A stretch of 51,262 bases of DNA, the filler included, from Catajapyx aquilonaris (taxonomy: Eukaryota), in the NCBI GenBank assembly GCA_000934665.2. It is 2 parts of 2 records of this genome, joined end to end, with 100 filler letters (N's around TTAATTAATTAA, not from the genome) between each part and the next. Parts side by side here need not be neighbours in the genome. Positions count along the whole stretch, not along the records: positions 1 to 25,590 come from JYFJ02005338.1; 1 more part is not named here. One strand, 5' to 3'. Both the position numbers and the translations under genes were made by a program. The notes below the pieces were generated by a model. That model searched no databases. It worked only from the letters and a program-made list of their open reading frames with translations, and was not told where the DNA came from. Every line of letters begins with the position of its first letter. Within the stretch, counting starts at the first letter, position 1. This document shows positions 1 to 8,576 of this stretch, piece after piece.

Positions 1-20
1 TCTCTCTCTCTCTCTCTCTC
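1..20. repeat. (TC)n microsatellite
   Basis: tctctctctctctctctctc at the window start. Confidence 0.9.
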
Positions 21-167
21 GCTCTTCCTGACACTCTTTCACGCTCACTTCCTCACATCCTAATTCATCACACCACAGCAGATTAGTACCATGCCACACT
101 TCATCCACATTTATTTTTCAAAAAATTTAACAAAAAATAAAAAATAAAAAAAGCCTATCGATGGTAT

Positions 168-283
168 CTCCACCTTGACGTGGTGGTGGGCCTTGAGTTC
201 TCCAGTGACCCCATAGCTGGCTGCTGGCACAGTCACCGGGGCCAGGTTGGCCATTTGGGGGTTGGTGAATGACTAAGAGAGGT
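168..283 (+). mobile_element. Probable 5' UTR fragment of an RTE-clade LINE
   Basis: caccttgacgtggtggtgggccttgagttctccagtgaccc...gactaagagag resembles the RTE/Expander/BovB 5' leader (CCTTGTCGTGG..GGGGCTTG..CAATGA...GACAAAGAG) as recalled; no ORF follows. Confidence 0.4.
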
Positions 284-812
284 GCCGTTCTTTCAATGCT
301 ATTCTACATTTACTGCACATCCTTCAATTTTTCATAATATACATTTGCCGGATTTTTACGGTGCATTGTGTATTTTCTTAAAATCTCACATCCGCACTGT
401 TGCACATGCAATATACTCCATATTACATGTATGCCAACATTGTGTAGCCATAATTACTGAAGAGGTAACTACCAAATCAATGAGTTACTCCAATGGAAAA
501 GTACTTCATAACCTGAGCAACGCCGGGTATCCTGCTAGTGGGATAATAATTATTCAATCATTTATTCACGTGGTCCGAAGCAAAGTATATAGAAGCCTAC
601 AGGTAGCGCCATAACGGATCGGGACAATTATAGGGCAGCGGTATGTGACGTCACCGGGTTGACAAAATTTCCCGCCAATTATGAAAGACAGGCTCTGGGC
701 ATGGGGAAACGGGCTTGTGCCCGCATGTGCCTGCGATTAGAGACCGAAACTCAGGTGATGTGCCATTGTACGATGTATTCTGATTGAAGGGAATGTGCTC
801 AGTACTCACCTC

Positions 813-1738
813 TCACTGTCGCCCACCACCCCGAGCCTTCTTTGCGTCGCCTCGCCTCGCCGCTGCCCGTTTCTTCGCTCCTGCATGGAGATGGCGAATG
901 CGAATAAATGTCCTGGTCCTGGATATGCTGGGGAACTTCTTTTGCAGCAATTGGCGAAGCAACAGAATCACACGCCGTTCTTTTGAGGCGAAATTGCCGT
1001 GAATAGTCCAGAACACCACTTCAAATTGTCGCACAGTTTCCAGCCACCATTCATTAGGTTGGTATAAGCCCCCCCTTTGAAATCACGTCAAGCCAAGTGT
1101 CCCGAGGTTTGCACCCACTCTGTTGATTGGTTCTTATGCCAAGTGTTTGGTCTACTTTTCTTGCTCGGAAAGCGATATAACCAGCAAGGTATCTCATGCC
1201 TTCGTTGGAGCAATCCTTTTCTTTGCGGCCAAGAGGCGTAACTACCTCCACTGAGTCATTGGTGATATCACTGGAGTCTGATACTGTGATGCCCAACTCT
1301 TTAGCTGTGTCGTCCACCTCAAAGAAGCCACGATTTTCTTCCTCAGACTCAATTGTTACAATCAAATTGGGGTCTACACCACATCGGAGCACTTTACCAG
1401 TCAGCAAAGGCCCTGAATCCTCCATCGCTTCGTCATTTGGTGCACTAACTGATGCGCTCAGGGGGACATCGGCAGCATTGACTCCGAGCAGAAGAAGTCG
1501 CAGGCGGTTTTTAAATTCGCTGGGAAGGGGGTTGTCGTAAAAATGCCCCAACCCACGAATCTGTGAAAAACAGTTCTCTAGGCAATCCTGGTTCAGACGT
1601 GATGTAAGCATGTAGAATCCTGAAGTGCATGTCCCCTTCCTCATGTCTTCGAAAAGGCCCTGCAGAGCTTTTATCGACTGGATCATGCGCGTTGAAATGG
1701 CAGAAGTGTAGAGCTGCCGACCGCTTTTGCCATGTCAT
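813..1738 (-). pseudogene. P-element/THAP9-like transposase, C-terminal fragment with frameshifts
   Basis: Motifs LLPFQR, YMLTSRLNQDCLENCFSQIRGLG..DNP, YLAGYIA, WLDVISKGGL, RTRTFIRIRHL; split across frames near 1686 and 1054. Confidence 0.88.
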
Positions 1739-2817
1739 GTAATAACTAGCGACGAAGAAATATTATGTAGGCTACTCTGTGTAATGATACGGTTTACGAC
1801 ACTAAACACCATATAATATTATGAATGTAGATTTACAGAGGAAGCCAGAGATCAAACGATAATTGATTTTCCAAAGGTTCCAGTTGAAGCAGTTGAAGCC
1901 GGTGTTGCTGGGTTCAAGTTCATACGGCCAGTATGATCCATGCAATAGGAGGTAACACAAATATCTAAATATCATTGGGGTGGCTTTACGTTTCACATTA
2001 GGGCTTGATTTACTCTAACATATTATACTTGGCACAGGGAAACTCAGAGCTGTTCCCGTCACATAGAAATTTGGTTCATTACAATTATACAATGGATAAA
2101 ACGGATGTTATAAACAGGGCAATGGTTCACTGTAGCATATCTGCAAGAATTGCACCACTTTGGCGCCACTATCCCCGTACATGGGGCCACTACCACACTG
2201 ATGATTATTCGGCCAATAATCTGCAGGCACCACTTGCACCTCCTGGTCCCAATCTTGAGGTACCGAAACGATCATTTGTTCGGCCCCGCCGACTACAGTT
2301 AGTGTGATGAGGGACCGATTCCGGCGAATCACATCGACGCGACGCATCCCCTTGATACGCAGCGGCGGGGGAGCGTTGCGCAAATTGCGCTCCCCTTCTC
2401 GCCGGACCTCATTCCAATCGATGGGGGACGGTCTGCTGCTCACCTGTGGTAACGGGCCAAAGGATGATGGCGCGTCACTCATTCCGCTCAAGGCAGGTGA
2501 GTGTCGAGATTGTGACGGTGGTCCACTGCTGGCTGGTCTTGCGGCCGGGGGCTGTGAAGCCACAAATGCCCAATTTTCCCAACGTGGTTTGCTTCTGGCA
2601 TCATAACTTTCCCGTTTTCTCCTGCGCATCCCTGCAGATACTGTGTAAGCAGGCAGAAGAGACCCGTCGCTGGGTCGTCAGCGTCACTCCCTCGATTTGT
2701 AAACAGTGGCAACAATCGAAGCACTCTCCATACGCTGATGTTTGAATTGGCCCGCCGGACGGGGTTGCCAGGTTATGCAGCGCCGTCGCCGATGGAAAAA
2801 AAAAAATTCAGGGACGG

Positions 2818-3550
2818 CTAATTTGTCCAGCACTGTACCTTGCCCTGATTGACCAACAAAAACTGAAATACTTTTTCCTTCAGGTCCATCGAATCGGCTT
2901 CGTGCACCTCTACCAGGATCCTGATGGCGGTGTCCACCGTGATGCTGTCGGTCAGGATGTTCTCGCATAGTCTCTTCAGGTCGTCCAAATTGTTCTTGTG
3001 GGCCAAGACCAGGAGGCCTGACACCACGCCGACGCTTTTAGGACTCACAAGAGGGCTAAGTATAAGGTGCCAGCATAGATTTTTGGGGGGACTCAATCAC
3101 TCGCTCACCTTGCCGCCTGTGAACGTATACGTTCCTGTTTGGTTATTTAGCGTCGTGTATAGGAATTGAAGATTAGTTCCATTGGAATTGAGAGAAGAAG
3201 CTCGGTAGGAATTAAATGAGAAATCAGGGTGTCCCCATCCCTGTTGATAATAATTAACACACTTAATAAGTAATTAATAAGCAAAATATTAATAAGCAAT
3301 AAGTTACTTGGGTGTAGGTCTACTGTAGCAATGGGCAACCACTCTCAGTGGAAGTTCCCTTCATTTGGTCCCAGGCGTTGCTCATCGGGCCTTCCAACAT
3401 TCCGTATCGAGTGTCGCACGACTCGGTATGGGTTTGGTCGACCCAGTGTCTGGCCTGAAGGTCACAGGCTATGTGCAGGGTGTCGTTGTCCCAGACCAAG
3501 GAGGACCTCGGAATGAATTTTGAGTGTCCCCAACAACAAGGGTTGACCAT
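2818..3550 (-). pseudogene. MATH-BTB (SPOP/roadkill-like) relic with most of the BTB core missing
   Basis: WGHSKFIPRSSL..NDTLHIACDL (end of MATH domain) and LLVLAHKNNLDDLKRLCENILTDSITVDTAIRILV....SMDLKEKVFQFL (BTB C-terminus/BACK helices), separated by AT-rich non-coding DNA. Confidence 0.75.
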
Positions 3551-3584
3551 CGTAATCTTCTTCCGGAATCACCTAATGTGGATC

Positions 3585-4480
3585 CTACTGCGGGCCCGGA
3601 TACAGGGCTCCCGCCGCCAAAAAAAAAACATTATGAAGACGCTCCTTGTGATTCGGATAGGCCCTCTTAAAGTAAAATTCGGCCAGATAACCAGAAAAAT
3701 GGTGTGTTCTTCTTCCGTATCTGCAAGGGTTACACAAATTCTAATTACGGACTCTAGATATATAATTTTAATTTCCATAATCACCTGGGGATTTTTGCCC
3801 GAACTTCCCGCCAAGTTCTCTCTATATTTTGTGTATGGGCCCCAGTATCGGGATCCACAAAATTGTATGTATGGTTGACAGTGAGATGTTTATAACCTTT
3901 TTTGTCCAAACAATCATAAGCCTTCCAGCAATCACTGTGAATTATGGTTCCTGGTTTGACGTACCGTTTTATATTCACTTTTAAAAGAGTCGCTGCGGAA
4001 CGGTTCGGGACAGCGGCCATAAAGACAAGTTTGGGATTGGATCTAAGAATTCCTCCGAATATCCACTGCCCATCGATTATGCGTCCTTTGTGATATTTTC
4101 TTTTCCCGAACTTAGCCTCATCTACCTCTACTACCTCTCCTGGACCCCCCCCCCCCCTTTTTTTTTGAAGTTCTACAAGCCCAATTTTAAAAAAACTTCA
4201 CGTATAAAAGAGGCCCAATCGACCACCGTGTGGCTTGCCAAGTTTAATTCTCGTTCGAGCAACACCTGGCGTGGAGGATCAAGTGTTAACCAAATAGCCA
4301 CGAATTGGCATATTTTTTTCCATGAGAATATGGGCATGATTGAAAAAGGTATATCTGAATATGTTCTTGGAATAATCGTGTTTCCTGCGTTTCGTTTCCA
4401 CAAGGGTGGATTTTTGACAACGAAACAACATTCGTTTCCAATTTATCGAGCAGGGTGCCTGGCAACCCATAACCCATCGC
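3585..4480 (-). mobile_element. Merlin (IS1595/ISXO2-like) DDE transposase, degenerate, with one intron (3721-3784)
   Basis: GPGEVVEVDEAKFGKRKYHKGR..GQWIFGG, PGTIIHSDCWKAY, HLTVNH.YNFVDPDTGAHTQNIERTW; spliced C-terminus IPRYGRRTHHFSGYLAEFYFKR; N-terminal part frameshifted; TIRs not found. Confidence 0.9.
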
Positions 4481-5031
4481 ATGGTTGCATACCCCTGGGG
4501 GATCTGCACCTGTATTGCGGGTTGCATACCCCTCAAAGATCTGACCACCCCTTTGGCATGGGACTCCGATTTTCCATACTACTATCCTCTCCCCATTTCC
4601 ATTTCCTCCCCTTCTTCCCCCCTCCTCGAGGTGTCTCCGCCTTTTCGTGGCGACGGGGGACTGCGTCGTTGAAAGACCCCAAAAGGCATTTATTTCTCGC
4701 TGCATGCTGGTGATAAATGACATTTTGCGGTAACAGACGTACTAAGAGTGACACCACTACTCAAACAGCGTGTACATGGGATCCGTCTCATTTATGATGC
4801 AGACAGCAGACTTGTCAGTATAATACTTGAGATGGATCCATACCAATAGCCTCCTTCCTCCCTCCCTCCTCCCCCGCCTCCTCATGACGGGAAACAGATG
4901 TCTGACAATGCTAAATTTCATAGAATTCCATTCTGCGTGACACGATCTAGCATGACCTACGGACTTAAGTCGCACTTCCCGCATCACCATCCCAACTCCA
5001 CACCTTTCCTTTTACATCTAAAACAATATGG

Positions 5032-5067
5032 TATAAATCAACACTCCAGTGGTTGTAACGTGTCAGT
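5032..5067 (+). promoter_or_regulatory. Candidate core promoter: TATAAAT plus TCAGT initiator about 31 nt downstream
   Basis: gTATAAATcaacactccagtggttgtaacgtgTCAGTat has canonical arthropod TATA-Inr spacing and lies upstream of ORF 5250-5810. Confidence 0.45.
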
Positions 5068-5249
5068 ATCTATCTCCACATAGGGCAGTGTCCGTGTCTG
5101 TGTGTGTTTTTTTTTCATTTTATTCCTCTGGCTTAGCGAACGTGTATTTCCAAGATGTTGCAGTAGCCGTTTTTTAACCTCCGCTTGTTTTTTGTACATT
5201 TAAGCCCACCGCACAACCAGCTAGCCATCGTCATCACCCCCTGACCGGT

Positions 5250-5810
5250 GTGACCAAAGGCGCCAGTTCTTGTGATCCAGACATCAGGACCACACGAAAG
5301 ATGTCCCTGCGAAGCTGTGACTTGCTGGGTGAAACTATGGCGGCAAGCACCAAGGTCATCGCCACCCCTGTTGCACCACCACCACGTGTCCAGTGGACTA
5401 CACCAAAAAAACGGGAACTTCCAACCACTTTCAATCCGCATGAACTTTATGCGGAAATTGCCAACGCAAAGGCGCAGCTCTCACCGGAAATCAGTTGGCC
5501 GCCACCTGAAAACAAGTGGCCGCTAGTTGACCCGAGGTTGGTGCTAGAGGCTTTGCCTACTAATTCCGATAGGATCGAAGAAAGAAACGAGAAGGGGGCT
5601 CTGAGGAAAGAAATGAGGGAGCAGGCACAAACCGTATGGGCTAGCACTATGGAGGAACTACTCCAGATCATTGAACTGCGGGAACAAATGGAAAGGGAAA
5701 TGCAGCAAACTTCTGCAACTCTTCTGGCTGGTGGTGGACGGATGTACACCGGGTCGGGTGACCTCGCCGCATGCCTGTCGGCCATGGTCTGGGCTACAGG
5801 CGTGAGTTAG
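5250..5810 (+). CDS. Hypothetical protein (Pro-rich N-terminus, helical/coiled-coil C-terminus), probably element-associated
   Basis: 186-codon ORF downstream of TATA/Inr; EERNEKGALRKEMREQAQ...LLQIIELREQMEREMQQ; no recognised family. Confidence 0.35.
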   Translation: MTKGASSCDPDIRTTRKMSLRSCDLLGETMAASTKVIATPVAPPPRVQWTTPKKRELPTTFNPHELYAEIANAKAQLSPEISWPPPENKWPLVDPRLVLEALPTNSDRIEERNEKGALRKEMREQAQTVWASTMEELLQIIELREQMEREMQQTSATLLAGGGRMYTGSGDLAACLSAMVWATGVS

Positions 5811-6375
5811 CTGATGACCGAGACTGCCAGTGAGCCACGCAGAGGCGTCGCACATGGCGTCATGCGGGATGGACCAAGACGTTGGTGCACCGCTGGTGGA
5901 GGTGCTGTCTGTGGCTGGCCTGACTTGGAGCAGTTGGTACGATGAGATGACCATCACGTGTCCCGGCTGGCCTGTGGGGCTGCCTGGACCTGTTCGCCGT
6001 GCTGCCGACCTTTGGACATATTTTTTTCTCCCTGCCTTTGCCCCTCCCCCCGTCACAATGTTTCAGTTGTGGAGCTGAAGTTGTGAGAGCTGTTTGTAGT
6101 GATAGTGTCGATCTTGGGTGTTTCCCCTAGGTCAACAAGCTAGGGTCGGGGGTTAATGTGACAGTTGATTTGCCCGCTCCCCCTGGTTCCTCCCTTGTCC
6201 AGTTGGCCCTCTGGAAGTGGGGGCAGGAGGGGAGTAGGAGGAAGTAGGAGTGGGAGAGCGGGGGAGAGCGGGTGGAGGGAGAGAGAGAGAGGGAAAGTCG
6301 ACCAGAGGAGGCAGATGCTTGTGAGCGGCTCTCCCGGGGTTTCGTGCCATGTACTGGTAATGTATCCGCCTTAGG

Positions 6376-6715
6376 TCAATAAACCACGGTTGCACAGTAG
6401 CGGAAGGTGTCGTGTGTGTTACTGAACATCCCATGGTAACCTTTGCCCGCGAAAAGGAACTGGTCGCCCCACTGGTCACGGCGGCCGGAGTACTGGACGT
6501 CCCAAGGAAGGGGCGTACTGTACGTACAAGATGAGCTGGGCCTGGTATATTCAGGGTGTTGGAAATTGCATAAGGTGATATCTGCATCTGATTCGCACTC
6601 ATTTAATTCAGAATCTTCTAGTTCCAGGAATGTTTGTTGATCCTTGAAAATGGCTAGGTAGGGTTTCTCGGCAATTATAACGGCTGACACGTTCCCATTC
6701 AAGGCAACTAGCCAT
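6376..6715 (-). pseudogene. Fragment of errantivirus env / baculovirus F-like envelope protein
   Basis: PYLAIFKDQQTFLELEDSELNECESDADITLC....PEY....SSC matches the PYLA...L...EL..C......IC....P.Y....SC pattern of insect retroelement env ectodomains; truncated. Confidence 0.55.
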
Positions 6716-6719
6716 GGTA

Positions 6720-6880
6720 CACTCTTAGCCCGGTCACCTTTATTAAAGGTGACGAAACTGCCTGTTTTGTCACCTTTATTTTAGAAGGGTACATGGCCCC
6801 TTTAAAACAAAAGGTACCGTTGGTCACCTTTATTTAAAGGTGACAAAATGGCTTGTTTTGTCACCTTTATTTTAGAAGGG
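6720..6880 (+). repeat. Left end of a non-autonomous DNA transposon (CACT- terminus, CMC/EnSpm-like) with palindromic tandem subterminal repeats
   Basis: ta|CACTCTTAG followed by two ~90-bp units containing the palindrome gtcacctttatt(t)aaaggtgac; cut off by the LTR at 6881. Confidence 0.5.
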
Positions 6881-7207
6881 TGTCGTGGCTCTGCCCATGA
6901 CTTACATGGGCAACCGCTAAAGGGCAGCACCAGAAGGCTCGGAGGGGTCAGGGAGGGTAGGGGTACCTGGGGGACATCCTCCTACCACCCACCACCAGTC
7001 TCCGGCCACCCAGCATCAGACGAGTGTCGGCTGGTGGTCACCGGATCTCTCCATAAGTAGGTAGGTTAGACACGCCATTTTGGTGGGGCTGTATAACCAC
7101 GTTGCAATAAACAATCAGGGCGAACCTAGTCGTTTCAATTGGGGGTTAGTGAAGGGGTCACGGAGTGAGCGAGGACGACAACCCCCCAAGAGGTAAGAAC
7201 CGGCACA
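6881..7207 (+). repeat. 5' LTR (about 327 bp)
   Basis: Starts TGTCGTGG, ends GGCACA; AATAAA at 7106; 6920-7207 reads identical to 13000-13287. The 5' boundary is inferred because the 3' copy lacks it. Confidence 0.88.
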
Positions 7208-7218
7208 TGGCGCCCGAC
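7208..7218 (+). promoter_or_regulatory. Primer-binding site (tRNA-Lys-like)
   Basis: TGGCGCCCGA immediately after the LTR, complementary to the tRNA-Lys 3' end. Confidence 0.85.
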
Positions 7219-7301
7219 TTGCAGGCACTCACTTCGTGAAAACTCCCCCTTCCCCCAAGTTTGCGGTGTAGCTAGGTCGCGATTAGGTATTGTTAGGGAC
7301 A

Positions 7302-8576
7302 ATGCCGCCCAAGGGAGCCAAACGGACCACGCGGCGTCGGCGGCTGCCTTCTTCTCCCGTGGGGCCCAACCGGCCCTCGGTTGCAGATGACGGGCACCCT
7401 GACGCAAGCGTGCCGATACGTTCGGATTCTCGTTCATCCGCCCAACACCCGCTCCCGCAGACCGCGTCCCTTCTAGGGCTTCCGCAGAACTCCAGCTTGG
7501 ATGGCATACTTGCATCTCTCATCACGACTCTTCCCCCCCGTCCACAGCCAGCCACCCTCCCCATCCCTACCCCCACGCTTCCGGATGCTCCCGGCCTTCC
7601 TCATTGTTGCCGCCAAACCTCGCTGCGGCCCGAGTCCATACCAAAATTCAATCCTACCGACTGCGTACCCCCCCATATTTTCCTGCGGAAACTCAGAAGC
7701 TACGGTGAACTGAACGGGTTGGCTGAGTCCCATGTACTTCAGTCGTTAATCCCATTCGCTCTCCAAGGGGTCGCCTTTTATTGGTATGAACTTCACAAGG
7801 CCTCCTTCTCTGCATGGGGAGACTTTGAGGTCGCCTTTCTCTCTGAGTATGAGCCGACGAATTTTCAGCAAAGAGTCGCCGAGGACCTAAACGCGCGCGT
7901 GATGGCTCCAGACGAGAGTGTGGTGGAGTTTTTGTACTCCATGGTGTATCACATCAGGAGAGTATACCCGGATCAGCCGGAGCACCTCACAACTGCTTTC
8001 TTGCGCCGCAAACTGGTTCCGGAGTACATGCACCTACTCGCTGATAAGGACACCCCCACCATCGATTCCCTTATAGTGGCATGCAAAAGGGCCCAAGGTG
8101 TGGTCCACGCCGCCAAGCTCTACCGTCCCCCTGCGCGCCCGTTCTTGACGCAATCACCTTGGTCTTTTCCCGCCTTTGACTCTCCCCAAATGCACCCCAC
8201 CCCGTTCACACCACCTCCCCCCTCTTCTGCCCAGTTCATGCACATGCTTTCCCATCCGTCTCCTCCCTATAGTCTCACTCACAGGTCGCTGGACCCTTAC
8301 GGGCATTGGTGGGCTCCTTCCGGCGAGCAACCAAGAGACGCGTATGGTCAGCTAATTGATGCGAAAAATTTGCAAAAGCTGGATAACTTGCGGAATTCTC
8401 AGCCTCGCATTCAATGTTCGTACTGCCACAAGTATGGACACGCATATGAGGTGTGCCGAGCGAGGCTACATGCAGAGGCTGCGGTTCAACAGCAGGGAAA
8501 CGGAGTCGGCGGGGGTGGTATGATCGCCGGCCACCCCCCTCCTTCAGGTCAGGGCGGCAATCCCATGTCCCAATAA
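7302..8576 (+). CDS. gag: Gag (capsid-like domain, CCHC zinc knuckle)
   Basis: IPKFNP, ALQGVAFYWY, WGDFEVAFLSEY, CSYCHKYGHAYEVC; uninterrupted ORF from ATG 7302. Confidence 0.93.
   Translation: MPPKGAKRTTRRRRLPSSPVGPNRPSVADDGHPDASVPIRSDSRSSAQHPLPQTASLLGLPQNSSLDGILASLITTLPPRPQPATLPIPTPTLPDAPGLPHCCRQTSLRPESIPKFNPTDCVPPHIFLRKLRSYGELNGLAESHVLQSLIPFALQGVAFYWYELHKASFSAWGDFEVAFLSEYEPTNFQQRVAEDLNARVMAPDESVVEFLYSMVYHIRRVYPDQPEHLTTAFLRRKLVPEYMHLLADKDTPTIDSLIVACKRAQGVVHAAKLYRPPARPFLTQSPWSFPAFDSPQMHPTPFTPPPPSSAQFMHMLSHPSPPYSLTHRSLDPYGHWWAPSGEQPRDAYGQLIDAKNLQKLDNLRNSQPRIQCSYCHKYGHAYEVCRARLHAEAAVQQQGNGVGGGGMIAGHPPPSGQGGNPMSQ

Noticed and set aside
4742..6728. CTAAGAGTG / CACTCTTAG 9-bp inverted match as TIRs around the env region
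   Set aside because: The orientation points outward and there is no TSD or extended match
6732..6880. Palindromic repeats as a CRISPR-like array
   Set aside because: Eukaryotic context, only two units, spacers not unique, no cas genes
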